Below are positions 45,023-54,577 of a stretch of DNA of 64,000 nt, one piece after another. The DNA lies in the sequence record PP885688.1. The stretch is one strand, 5' to 3'. The notes below the pieces were generated by a model. That model saw nothing but the letters and a program-made list of their open reading frames with translations. It was not told where the DNA came from and ran no database searches. Each line of letters begins with the position of its first letter. Position 1 is the first letter of the stretch. The position numbers were made by a program, and so were the translations under genes.

Positions 45023-45053
45023 TCATCTTTAGTCGATTTCACTTTGTAGGTTG
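45023..45053 (+). promoter_or_regulatory. class A promoter motif
   Basis: TCATCTTT-N12-TTTGTAGGTTG; next 12 nt identical to the 44701 copy. Confidence 0.7.
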
Positions 45054-45067
45054 AGGAAGAGGACAAC

Positions 45068-45412
45068 ATGACATTCACTTACTGCTACGACGACATCGCG
45101 AAGAACCAAGTAAAGCTTGCCCAGGCCCGTTTTATGCGCAAGGTGAAGAAGCTTCTTCCCAACTTCAAAGTGGAGTTCTACTTCAACCGTGGTGGTATCG
45201 CTGTGTGGGGTGAGACCTACGTCAAGGTCTTCAACCAGGGCGGCGAGCCCGTTGTCGAGGCCTGCCTCTCGAAGGATCACAGCTACATCCGTCAGTGGAA
45301 CGGTAACCGCAGCGGTCGCAACATCACCGTCCAGACCATCGGCTCACTCGCCGACCTCAAGTTCGCCGAGCACGTCAACACGCTGTCGGCGTCCCCTTTC
45401 CGCGCCTTCTAA
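45068..45412 (+). CDS. hypothetical protein
   Basis: 114 aa, GAGG RBS. Confidence 0.65.
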   Translation: MTFTYCYDDIAKNQVKLAQARFMRKVKKLLPNFKVEFYFNRGGIAVWGETYVKVFNQGGEPVVEACLSKDHSYIRQWNGNRSGRNITVQTIGSLADLKFAEHVNTLSASPFRAF

Positions 45413-45597
45413 TGAACACTTCGCCCAAGCCGCGTCGACCCAGAGTGCCGTCCCCCAAGAAGGGCTGCCCTATCTGCACCCGGTCGATCTCGATCAACGG
45501 ATTCGCGTGGTCTTCTCACCAGAGAATGCACCAGCGCCACGAACAGCGTCACGGAATGCTTCTGCCATTCCCCACAGGAAAGGAACACCATGCGTAA
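45412..45597 (+). CDS. small C2H2-type zinc-finger-like protein
   Basis: CPIC-x13-HQRMH; stop/start overlap with neighbour. Confidence 0.5.
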   Translation: MNTSPKPRRPRVPSPKKGCPICTRSISINGFAWSSHQRMHQRHEQRHGMLLPFPTGKEHHA

Positions 45598-46072
45598 GCA
45601 AGCCACGATTCAACTTTACGGATTCACCGGCACCGGTTCCAACATGAAGGAAGCCAAGGAAGACGCTATCCGTCAGATCATGCAGGTCAGCCAGGGGAAG
45701 TGGGATCCGATCCTCGTCTCATGGCGTGGTCACACTGCCCTGATCTACCGCATCCCCGAGGGCTACGTGTCGCGTTTCCTCCAGCACGACGGGGATCCGC
45801 TCAGGATGTCGGGTGGCTCGCAGATGCATGGCCTCGACCTCTCTGAAGTAGTCCGCTCCGTCCAGAACCATGTCGTGCAGCTCGGATGGAACCACGAGGA
45901 TCCGATCGACACCTTCCCCGAGTGGTTCACCGATACCAACGCACGCGCCGAGGCGATCAGCTACCGGCAGTGGCAGCTGAACTACCGCGAGCTCAAGAGT
46001 CGTGGCTTCAGCGACACCCAGGCCCACCAGCTCGCAGCCGGGCATCCTGACACGTGGCCGGTTCGCGCGTAA
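45590..46072 (+). CDS. hypothetical protein
   Basis: 160 aa, AAGGA RBS. Confidence 0.65.
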   Translation: MRKQATIQLYGFTGTGSNMKEAKEDAIRQIMQVSQGKWDPILVSWRGHTALIYRIPEGYVSRFLQHDGDPLRMSGGSQMHGLDLSEVVRSVQNHVVQLGWNHEDPIDTFPEWFTDTNARAEAISYRQWQLNYRELKSRGFSDTQAHQLAAGHPDTWPVRA

Positions 46073-46089
46073 TATTTTCTTCGCCAAAG

Positions 46090-46120
46090 TCATCTTTGGG
46101 TCATCGAGGTTTGTAGGTTG
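46090..46120 (+). promoter_or_regulatory. class A promoter motif
   Basis: TCATCTTT-N12-TTTGTAGGTTG. Confidence 0.7.
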
Positions 46121-46134
46121 AGTTTGAGGGCACA

Positions 46135-46659
46135 ATGAGCGCACACACAATCGAGATGATCGTTCTTCAGAAGCACAGCGGGGAATTTCTCCAGTACAAG
46201 TTCGCCTCTCCGTCGCAGATGGGCAAGCTGAATGCTGCGGGTCGCAAAAAGATTCAGGGCCAGAGCTGGATCAGCTACTCCTGCCTCAACGATGCCGAGA
46301 AGGCTAGCTTCCGCCGTAAGTTCCGTGGCGGCTGGGAGTATGGCGACAAATACAAGGATCCCGCCGAGTACCTCGCGAAGATGACCAAGGATTCGGACGG
46401 CGTCTATCGCTGGCAGTCTAACGATCAGGTACCGCCGAAAGAGATTATGGACCTGATGGGCCTCGACGCTGATGAGACGAATCTCCACGACGTCGCTCGT
46501 GACCTTGAGACGACCGCTTTCCTCGACGCATATGTCGCGGCCCAGGCCAACCGTACCCCCGCACAGAAGGCTGAGCGTCTGGCTGAGGCTCGTGCGGCGA
46601 TCGGCCCTGAAGCTGACAACCTCATCGACGTCGTCACCGGCGAGAAGGTTGGGCGCTAA
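46135..46659 (+). CDS. hypothetical protein
   Basis: 174 aa after class A motif. Confidence 0.65.
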   Translation: MSAHTIEMIVLQKHSGEFLQYKFASPSQMGKLNAAGRKKIQGQSWISYSCLNDAEKASFRRKFRGGWEYGDKYKDPAEYLAKMTKDSDGVYRWQSNDQVPPKEIMDLMGLDADETNLHDVARDLETTAFLDAYVAAQANRTPAQKAERLAEARAAIGPEADNLIDVVTGEKVGR

Positions 46660-46913
46660 TGGCCACTCCAGTCGTCACCGTCAACCAGGAGCTGCTTGAA
46701 ATCGCTCTCAAGAAATACGCCGCCGGGAACAAGGCTTACTACACCGGGAATATCACGCTCGAAGAAGGCTGGAAGCTAGAAGCTCAGGCCACCAGTCTCG
46801 GCGCAACCAAGAGGCAGCTCGCTCTCGCCCGTGGGGGCCGTCTGGTCTCCCGTTGGCTCGGCGGGAACCTCTGGGCTACCGACGTCGTCGAAGGCTACCA
46901 AACCAACCCATAA
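46659..46913 (+). CDS. hypothetical protein
   Basis: 84 aa, translational coupling. Confidence 0.6.
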   Translation: MATPVVTVNQELLEIALKKYAAGNKAYYTGNITLEEGWKLEAQATSLGATKRQLALARGGRLVSRWLGGNLWATDVVEGYQTNP

Positions 46914-46920
46914 GGACACC

Positions 46921-47298
46921 ATGCCAGTCATTGCACAGGCCGAGACGGTTCAGATCAGAGTCACACCCTCGGTCGTAGAAGAGATCACGCACAAGATGGG
47001 GATCCTCGCAGTCGAAGAGGATCTTCAGGAAGACTACGGCCTCACCAAGGAAGAAGCGGAGCAACTGGCCGACATCTTCACCAACCCGAAGCAGAAGCTG
47101 TACACCGTGCCCCTCAAGTTCGTGAAGGCACTACGCGAGGAGCTCGACAACCACGTCGGCGTTCTCAAGGATATCAGGACGAACATCAGGACGGATATCC
47201 CACGGAAGAGCCCTGAGTATGCCCAGGTCGGGTCCCTCTCGCGATACATCAAGGCCCTGCAGGATCTGGTGGCAGAGCTCGAAGCCGTTCAAGTTTGA
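46921..47298 (+). CDS. hypothetical protein
   Basis: Start MPVIAQ, AAGGA RBS. Confidence 0.6.
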   Translation: MPVIAQAETVQIRVTPSVVEEITHKMGILAVEEDLQEDYGLTKEEAEQLADIFTNPKQKLYTVPLKFVKALREELDNHVGVLKDIRTNIRTDIPRKSPEYAQVGSLSRYIKALQDLVAELEAVQV

Positions 47299-47348
47299 GA
47301 AAATAGAAGACGTCGTAGTCACGCTACGACGCACGAAAGGGTCTCTCG

Positions 47349-47825
47349 ATGTCACAAGCGTTCCCCACATATAAACAGTTCATCGAACAGGTCCGCACCC
47401 GCATGAATGCGGAGTATCCCGACGAGCGCGGCGAAGGCCTCAACGATTGCATCAAGATGCAGACGACCGAAGAGATCTGGCTCACCCACCTCGGCCAGCT
47501 GATCAAGAATGGCGTCCAGGCGGAGCAGCCGGTGCTCGACACGCTGACCAAGGATCAGCTCTACAACCTGAAGAAGCACTACGCCCCCTTCGAGTCGCTG
47601 TCTTGGTACATTCCACGTGCGTTCCGCACCAACAAAAGCTACGAGGACCCTGGGCCGTCCTCAAAGGCTGTAGAGGCGTTAGATAAGACAATCATCATCT
47701 CGTGCATTCCGCCGGGCCCGTTTGAGGAGCGCACGACGCTTGTGATGAACAAGGTCCGCAATAAGCAGCCAGGGGCAGCCGTGTTTTCAGTTTTAGACTT
47801 ACACTTTGGAAAGATCACAGAATGA
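47349..47825 (+). CDS. hypothetical protein
   Basis: 158 aa. Confidence 0.6.
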   Translation: MSQAFPTYKQFIEQVRTRMNAEYPDERGEGLNDCIKMQTTEEIWLTHLGQLIKNGVQAEQPVLDTLTKDQLYNLKKHYAPFESLSWYIPRAFRTNKSYEDPGPSSKAVEALDKTIIISCIPPGPFEERTTLVMNKVRNKQPGAAVFSVLDLHFGKITE

Positions 47826-48142
47826 CTGGCGTCGACCCAAAAACCATTGACTACTCCCGGATCGAAAATGGAGAGGCTCGGTTATTACCACACCTGCTTC
47901 TCTTCGTGTACGGGCTCCGAGGCTACCGCTCGCAACCGGTGAGCTACGATCATATCTGCCGGTACTTCGCAGCGACGTCTCATGAGTTTGTCTGCCAAAC
48001 CGTTCGTGACGCTTGGTACTACGACGGATACCTTGAGGGCGTAGCCTGTGACCCCACAGCCACCTACCGCGTGAAGTGTCCTCGTTATTTCCGGCTCACG
48101 CGATCCGGGCTTGGCATCCTCGAACAACGGAGGGCTCTCTAG
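47822..48142 (+). CDS. hypothetical protein, possible winged-helix fold
   Basis: 106 aa ending YFRLTRSGL. Confidence 0.55.
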   Translation: MTGVDPKTIDYSRIENGEARLLPHLLLFVYGLRGYRSQPVSYDHICRYFAATSHEFVCQTVRDAWYYDGYLEGVACDPTATYRVKCPRYFRLTRSGLGILEQRRAL

Positions 48143-48685
48143 ATGAACGCCGTAACTTTATGGGAGTGTCCTGAATACCAGCAATGGAGAGCTCCCCATA
48201 TGGTGGAGGAGTATCTCTTCAGGACGTGCTTCATCTTCGCCTTGGCGCTCCATAACGTCCATCGCTATCGCATGGAGTTTCTCTGGGACGAGCGTGCTCC
48301 GTGGGTTGACGGGTCGACGGTGCGACATATCCTGCATGCCTACTGCGTTCGCAAGGACGGTTCGTTGGTGGATGCCCGGGGAACTATTACCCGTGAACAG
48401 ATTCAGGCTGAGTATGGCCGCTCAGCGGTCCTGCCAAACACCGTGACCGTCACTAAGCCGGAGCTCTTGGAGATGTTCGCCAGCGGGAGCTTGACGGCTC
48501 CAGAGAGAGCTGAAGTAGGTGCCGCTCAGGAGTTCATTTGCCGGAATAGGGATGTGTACAAACTAGGTCAGCGAACCATACTTCCCGTTGGTCCTGATGA
48601 GCAGAGACGTCTCTGGAACTGCATCCCTCCGGAAGTCCTTCAATATCAGGAGAACCGGCTAACAGAAAGGTACGGGGACGTATGA
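48143..48685 (+). CDS. hypothetical protein
   Basis: 180 aa; C..FALAL..HAYC..LVDARG pattern. Confidence 0.6.
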   Translation: MNAVTLWECPEYQQWRAPHMVEEYLFRTCFIFALALHNVHRYRMEFLWDERAPWVDGSTVRHILHAYCVRKDGSLVDARGTITREQIQAEYGRSAVLPNTVTVTKPELLEMFASGSLTAPERAEVGAAQEFICRNRDVYKLGQRTILPVGPDEQRRLWNCIPPEVLQYQENRLTERYGDV

Positions 48686-48765
48686 AGCGAGACTCTCATA
48701 CCTGCCGCCGAGACCGCTCGTCACACCGTTAGACTTACACTTTGGAAAGATCACAGGAGAGTAGT

Positions 48766-49320
48766 ATGTCGAGAGTCAAAGCCTACGACCACAACAAGTA
48801 TTCCAACATCGCCCTCGTCGCCGGTCTCATGGATCTGCATCTGATGGCCGACCTTACCGGGGATGACCCAGCGATTCACCCCGAGTTCAGTTACTCCATC
48901 GGGACCGACGGGGATCCGGAGGGTGGGCTCTTTCCGATCCGCTGGACGCCCTACTTCAACAGCATCGATGAGCTGGAGGCTTTCTGCCTGAAGCACATCG
49001 CGAAGTACAACGACATCTCCAGCCTGAACGAACCACCCGAGGGCGAATTCTGGGAGGCCTGGGAGGAGCCTGTATTCAAGCACGACTACCGGCAGATGCA
49101 CACGGTCGGCTGTGTCGTGAACGGCGGCTACGTCGACAGGAAGATTGAGCTGGTTCACCTGTTGGAGAAGGCCGCAGAGGTCGCCGGTCATGACACGTTA
49201 CAGCTCTATGTCGACGGTCAGCCCTTCCCCCGCATGCTCTACGGCGTGATGGGCCACCTGCAGCGCTCCATCGACTCCGCACGGGAGAAGGAGAAGCAGA
49301 CGGTTGGCACGCAAGCGTAA
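48766..49320 (+). CDS. hypothetical protein
   Basis: Start MSRVKAY, AGGAG RBS. Confidence 0.65.
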   Translation: MSRVKAYDHNKYSNIALVAGLMDLHLMADLTGDDPAIHPEFSYSIGTDGDPEGGLFPIRWTPYFNSIDELEAFCLKHIAKYNDISSLNEPPEGEFWEAWEEPVFKHDYRQMHTVGCVVNGGYVDRKIELVHLLEKAAEVAGHDTLQLYVDGQPFPRMLYGVMGHLQRSIDSAREKEKQTVGTQA

Positions 49321-49591
49321 CATCCGTGGGTTCCCGGTCATGGCTGCTAAGTGCGCCTCATGCCCCTTTGCGGAGGGTGGTGACCGGGAGCTCGCAGCCA
49401 GGGTCATAGAACGGACTGCGCTGCAGGCGAGCCAGATCTGCCATCATCCGGCTCTGCATGGCAAGAAGGAGACACACCTCTGCCGGGGAGCGCGAGACGC
49501 ACAGCTGACTATCATGCACCGCATGGGCCTGTTGAGCGAGGCCACTGACAAGGCATTCCGCGAAACGAGCGAGAGATTAGGAGTGATCTGA
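49304..49591 (+). CDS. Cys/His-rich hypothetical protein
   Basis: CASCPF..ICHH..HLCRGA. Confidence 0.6.
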   Translation: MARKRNIRGFPVMAAKCASCPFAEGGDRELAARVIERTALQASQICHHPALHGKKETHLCRGARDAQLTIMHRMGLLSEATDKAFRETSERLGVI

Positions 49592-49592
49592 G

Positions 49593-49811
49593 ATGGATAT
49601 CGAAGTAAAGAAATCGGGGACCGCGAAGCAGCGGACCTTCTTTGCCGACTGCAAGGACCTTCCAGGCTCACCGGCGTGTGGGACTGGATTCACCGAGGCG
49701 GAGGCCGTCGCCACCCTGTTCATCCGGAACATGGACACCTTCAGGAACGTCGACATGAGCATACTCCGCGTGAACGGCAAGCTTTACCGGCATCCGGGTC
49801 CAGGTCGGTAG
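49593..49811 (+). CDS. HicB-like antitoxin-domain protein
   Basis: FFADCKDLPG..GTGFTEAEA resembles the HicB N-terminal motif. Confidence 0.45.
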   Translation: MDIEVKKSGTAKQRTFFADCKDLPGSPACGTGFTEAEAVATLFIRNMDTFRNVDMSILRVNGKLYRHPGPGR

Positions 49812-49814
49812 GCG

Positions 49815-50849
49815 CTAGGTCAGCCGGTAGATCTTCAGCTTGTCCGACTTCATCATCCACGCCTTCTCCAGCTGTGGTGCCAGGACGCCAACCGCAGTCG
49901 ATACGTCACCGGTTGGATTCCCGTTCGCATCAAGAATGACCACATCATTAGCGCTCGCCGGGTTCACCGAGTAGGTGCCGTCGGGATTCAGGATGTACTC
50001 TGCGCGGAAGGCATCCGACATGAGCGCTGCATACTGCTCTGCCGTGATTGGGGACGTGAGGAACTCGCCGACCGCCTTACCGTACGCGGTGAGCCGGGTG
50101 TCGGGCGACGTCGGATCTTCAAACGGTGCATCGGTAAAGATCGGCGGCAGCGGTGCGGGTTCGATACCATTGAAGACAATCTTCAGCTTGTCGGTCCAGC
50201 TCGCGATCAGCGTGTGCATGTTCTCGATCGTCCCGAAGGTGAGGGAGAAGTCGAGGCCGATGTGCGCAGGCTTTGCCAGGTCGATGGCTGAGTAGAGATT
50301 CTGTGCGAGGGTCTGCAGCAGGTTCGCAGAGGCCAGCTGGCTGAGCGGTTGAACGCTGGTGGTGTTGAGCCCGACGCGGATGGTGTTGCGGTCGTAGTCG
50401 TTGACCAGACCATTGCCGATCTCTTTGTAGAGCTCCTCGACGACCACAGTCTCGCCGGTGTAGGCCTTGATGACCTTACCGATAGCATCAGTCGTGCAGC
50501 CCTCTGGATAGGCCGCCAGAAGCGCCACGATGAGCGCCTTGTAGTCGAGGTCGAACTGGGAGTCCTGAGGGTAGCTCTTGTTGATCTGAAGCGGTGCAGC
50601 CCAACGTCGCTTGATATCGGGTGGCGTCAAGAAGGCGGGGTTCATGCCAGCCAGGTCATAGGCGTACGCGTACTCCAGGCGGGCGAGCTCCTCGGCGACG
50701 ATACGGATGATCGATCCCCACAGCGTGTAGTCGGACTGCGAGACGTAACAGTTCGGGATACTGGCCATGAGCGCGTTGAAGTGTGCGTCCTCATAGGGGA
50801 GGAGCGCTTCTCTTTGCTTGACGTAGAGGAGGTCCGGAACGATCGCCAT
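49815..50849 (-). CDS. putative baseplate wedge protein
   Basis: Follows baseplate J; GCT..I..VIKAY.G, AKPAH pattern. Confidence 0.6.
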   Translation of the reverse strand: MAIVPDLLYVKQREALLPYEDAHFNALMASIPNCYVSQSDYTLWGSIIRIVAEELARLEYAYAYDLAGMNPAFLTPPDIKRRWAAPLQINKSYPQDSQFDLDYKALIVALLAAYPEGCTTDAIGKVIKAYTGETVVVEELYKEIGNGLVNDYDRNTIRVGLNTTSVQPLSQLASANLLQTLAQNLYSAIDLAKPAHIGLDFSLTFGTIENMHTLIASWTDKLKIVFNGIEPAPLPPIFTDAPFEDPTSPDTRLTAYGKAVGEFLTSPITAEQYAALMSDAFRAEYILNPDGTYSVNPASANDVVILDANGNPTGDVSTAVGVLAPQLEKAWMMKSDKLKIYRLT

Positions 50850-50851
50850 GG

Positions 50852-53800
50852 TTACTCCGTCACGTAGTTGATCTGCAGGGTTCCGACCGAGAGGAACTCG
50901 CTTGATGACACCGTGATGTCATTCGCACTCGCGGCACCGAAGACCTGATAGGTCAGGCGATACGGCAGCGCACTCGGATCCGGTACGTTCGCGGGAGAGG
51001 ACAACAGCAGACGGCCAGAGTAAGGCGAAGGCAGCGGCAGGGAACCGGTGATCTGGTCGTTGGTGCCGATAACGTAGAACGAAGGCTGAGCGCCGGAGAG
51101 GAAGTCTTGTACGCTGAGCGCACGGCGATAGTTCTGTCCCTCGTAGAGCAGGCCGACATACGCGTTCGCCGGGCCACCCGATGGGATGGTCGGATCCGGC
51201 AGTAGCAGGGTTCCCGAGATGAAGGTGTTGGCCGGTACCGAGATCGTTTTGAACATCGGGTCCGACGCAAGCGGAAGCCATGAGGTGCCGGTCGGGATGA
51301 CGACGCCGATGTTGTACGAGCCATCAGCCTTCGCGCACTTGAGCAGAGGCAGCTGGATGTTTGTGAGGCCGGTGAGCGCCATGACGCTTGCAACCATCTT
51401 CGCCTGGTTGAACTGAGTGTTGGCCTTGTCGAGCGTGAGATCGACCGTCGTGCGGATGCGTCCGTCGACGGTGTCTGGCGTCGTGGCATCATTCAGCACA
51501 ACGTTCATCGTGATATCGATCGGGGTCGGTACCATGGACTTGATCAGAACGTCGGCACCGGCATGCTTGGTGACCGCGACCGCATTGACCAGCTGCTCGA
51601 CGAACGAAGGGAACTCAGTCGCAACGGAGAGGACTTCGTTGGTGAAGTAGACGACGGTGACTGCGCCACCATCGGGGATCGCTCCGCCGAGAGTACGCGC
51701 GATGCTGGCCACGCTGGTGGTCGGGTTGACCGTGAGGATGAAGTCCTTGCCCTCGATCATGACCACGTTGGTCACGCCATTGTTGAAGGTGACCTTGATG
51801 TAGCGTGAGGCCGGGGCGATACCAGCGCCAAGCAAGCCGGTGAAGGCGAGCGACGTACTGGCGAAGCCGTCCAGCAGGAGAGTCGTGTCGCCGTGGGCCG
51901 CAGGCAGCCAGCTGTTGTGAATGAAGCCAGCGGTCGAGAGCGGTGTGGGCTGGGAGCCATTGAGAGTCAAGGTATCGGTCTGTAGGGTGACCGTCTCTCG
52001 CAGCTGGAACCGGTTATAGGCAACTACGACGCTGGGTGGGTTGGTGATCTGCGGGGTGATGGCGGAGCCTTCAGGGATCGAGAGCGCGTAGGTGCGGTAA
52101 CGGCCAGCCGGTTCAATCGTGTAGTCGACGCCGTACGTGTAGAGCGTGGAGAGATCTGCCGAGCGTACCGAGATGACATTCTGGACGACGCCGTTCGCAT
52201 TGATCGCGAGGTCCATGTTGTCATCGATCGTGGTGGTGCCGGTCGAGAGCACGAGCGTCGCCTGGGTGAGCAGGGACGTGGTGCCTGACACCGCGACCAG
52301 GTCATTGGCCTCGTTCGATCCGCCGGTGAGCAGGAAGTCATTCGTGTAGACGAGCTTGATGTCGGCGTCCGGGATGGAGCCGGTGAGCGGGCCGGAGATG
52401 GAGTCGATCGCGGTGACTGGCTGCAGCGCCGGGGTATGCGCGATGCCGGTCTTCAGCTGAGCCATCAGGAAGAACGTGACCGGCGAGGAGCTGACAGCCT
52501 GCAGGAACACCGAGTTGGTGGCGTTGACACCGTTGATCTGCCAGTTGGTCTGCGTGCCGTCGGCATTCACGATATACGTGAGCTCGTTCGGATCGAGGAA
52601 GACGATGCCGTTGACGTTATCGAACTGCGCGTTCGCCGATCCCAACCACACCGAGTTACCTGCGGAGGACGCGACCATCTCAACCGCGTCGTAGATCGGA
52701 GCGGTGAGTGCGGTGAAGTCGTTGATGCGGAAGCTGGAGTTCGACAGGTTCAGCAGCGTCGCGGTCAGGTAGGTAGAGAACTGTCCGTAGGTAGAGGTGG
52801 GGGGTAGCGTAAGCGGGAGCGTCTCCACCTGCTGTGAGGTGCTGCCTCCGCGTGCGTAGATGTCCACACAGCCGAAGGTGTGCTTCTGGATGATCGAGGA
52901 CCAGTCGCGGAGCATGTCCACGTCACCGGCGGCCACGACAAGAGCGTTGGTAACTCCGGAGATCTCCATCGCAGTCGTCCAGTAACCCCAGCGGGATCCT
53001 GTGTCCTTGCCGACAATCTGACGATTCTGAATCATGGCGGCGTAGTCGGCGTTCGACTGCTCATCCGTTCCACCAGAAGCAGCTTTCAGGTTGATGACCG
53101 AGATGCCGGTCGGTCCACCAGAGTTGACCTGGGTGATCGTCGTTGCGCCTACCTCACCGTCAGAGCCAGCTACCTGGGCCTCTGCGGGAACGGTGACGGA
53201 GTACCACTCGTTGACCGGATCCCAGAAGCTGATCGCGTTCTGTGGGTCGATCGAAGCAGAGCCGCGTGTGATGAAAGTGATGGCGGGGGTGCCGGTGGTG
53301 TCAGGCTTGGTTGAGCACACGATACCCAGCGGAATCGAGATGAGGCTGGTGGGCAGCGAGTAGGTGTAGAAGGTCAGAGGCACCACCGAGGTGGTTGCGC
53401 CGCCGCGTGCGATACCGGCTTGTTCGCCGAGGATGTCGAAGCGCTGATCGATGAAGGTCTGTACGGCGGTCGAGGAGAGATTGTAGGCCGACGCGAGCTG
53501 TTGCTTGATCGGCGAAGTGCTGAAAGGATCGGAGACACCGTCGCCATCCTGATCATCGACCTGGGCGAGGAACGAGACGGACATGGCACCGCGAGAGAAC
53601 CATTCGCGTACGCTCATCGTGGCGAGCACGAGCGAAAGCGGATTGATGATCAGGTCGCGAGCTTCCGAACGAGCCGTGAGATCGAGGTCCGGACGGCGGG
53701 TCGTCAGATCATTGATCATACGGGCCGCGATATCGGTCGCCTGCTGTAGCGCGAGGAAGTCGGTGGTGTTGACCTTCTTCAGGTTGACGAAGCCACCCGT

Positions 53801-54571
53801 GAACGGACCGGCGGCCTGCGACTCGTAGACGATGTTCGTGTCCGCGTCCTGCACCAGCGTGGTGAGGATGACATAGAACTGATCGGCGTTGATCGCGGCG
53901 GCGGGGATGTCGACTGAGCTGTAATTGACCGTTGAGGTCAGCTGCGTTGACGTCGTGGTGACGTTGTTATTGCCTGGCTGATTTGTAGATGGTGTCGAGG
54001 TGGTAGTCGTCACTGGCGTGCCCAGCGTGACGTCAGCCGAGCGCGTGAGGTTGGTCACGACATCGCCATACTGCACGAAGGGGACGGTGACGCCCGAGGG
54101 GTCGGTAGAGAATTGGACGCGGACGCCCTGGAATCCGGCAAAGGTCGGTGTGGCCCACTCAACACGGCAGGTGCTCTGGCCCTTGTAGATCGTGACGCCG
54201 GACGGAGGCCCGATCAGGACTGCAAGGTTGCTCTGGGTGTAGAGGACATCGAACTGCAGCGTCGGTGTGACGAGGAAATTAGTGGGGGTGACGGTCGGCG
54301 AGAAGTTGCGTCCGGTGATCTCGATGGTCTCAAGGCCGACGAGGTCCGTGAGGGAGATGCTGCCGGAGAATTGATTCACGCCATTGACCACAACGGGGTT
54401 TGCAAGCGTCGTGGTGATGCCCGCGAGCGAGACGTCGATCGCGATGGTGTTCAGATCCGCATTGATGACCAGCGCCAGGACGGATGTGTCGACCGAGAGG
54501 GTCGTGATCCCGGCGGGGATGGTGGGAGTGACAAACGAAAGAGCGGCGAGTCCGAGTTGAGGTGTGGGCAT
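50852..54571 (-). CDS. baseplate J-like wedge protein
   Basis: RDLIINP, G..RGGAT, A..AG..G.V....I, GGTDEQSN..Y, VDIY. Confidence 0.8.
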   Translation of the reverse strand: MPTPQLGLAALSFVTPTIPAGITTLSVDTSVLALVINADLNTIAIDVSLAGITTTLANPVVVNGVNQFSGSISLTDLVGLETIEITGRNFSPTVTPTNFLVTPTLQFDVLYTQSNLAVLIGPPSGVTIYKGQSTCRVEWATPTFAGFQGVRVQFSTDPSGVTVPFVQYGDVVTNLTRSADVTLGTPVTTTTSTPSTNQPGNNNVTTTSTQLTSTVNYSSVDIPAAAINADQFYVILTTLVQDADTNIVYESQAAGPFTGGFVNLKKVNTTDFLALQQATDIAARMINDLTTRRPDLDLTARSEARDLIINPLSLVLATMSVREWFSRGAMSVSFLAQVDDQDGDGVSDPFSTSPIKQQLASAYNLSSTAVQTFIDQRFDILGEQAGIARGGATTSVVPLTFYTYSLPTSLISIPLGIVCSTKPDTTGTPAITFITRGSASIDPQNAISFWDPVNEWYSVTVPAEAQVAGSDGEVGATTITQVNSGGPTGISVINLKAASGGTDEQSNADYAAMIQNRQIVGKDTGSRWGYWTTAMEISGVTNALVVAAGDVDMLRDWSSIIQKHTFGCVDIYARGGSTSQQVETLPLTLPPTSTYGQFSTYLTATLLNLSNSSFRINDFTALTAPIYDAVEMVASSAGNSVWLGSANAQFDNVNGIVFLDPNELTYIVNADGTQTNWQINGVNATNSVFLQAVSSSPVTFFLMAQLKTGIAHTPALQPVTAIDSISGPLTGSIPDADIKLVYTNDFLLTGGSNEANDLVAVSGTTSLLTQATLVLSTGTTTIDDNMDLAINANGVVQNVISVRSADLSTLYTYGVDYTIEPAGRYRTYALSIPEGSAITPQITNPPSVVVAYNRFQLRETVTLQTDTLTLNGSQPTPLSTAGFIHNSWLPAAHGDTTLLLDGFASTSLAFTGLLGAGIAPASRYIKVTFNNGVTNVVMIEGKDFILTVNPTTSVASIARTLGGAIPDGGAVTVVYFTNEVLSVATEFPSFVEQLVNAVAVTKHAGADVLIKSMVPTPIDITMNVVLNDATTPDTVDGRIRTTVDLTLDKANTQFNQAKMVASVMALTGLTNIQLPLLKCAKADGSYNIGVVIPTGTSWLPLASDPMFKTISVPANTFISGTLLLPDPTIPSGGPANAYVGLLYEGQNYRRALSVQDFLSGAQPSFYVIGTNDQITGSLPLPSPYSGRLLLSSPANVPDPSALPYRLTYQVFGAASANDITVSSSEFLSVGTLQINYVTE

Positions 54572-54577
54572 GGCTTC

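Larger units (their letters stand above)
47793..48756 (+). repeat. 28-bp perfect direct repeat flanking two genes
   Basis: TTAGACTTACACTTTGGAAAGATCACAG at 47793-47820 and 48729-48756. Confidence 0.85.
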
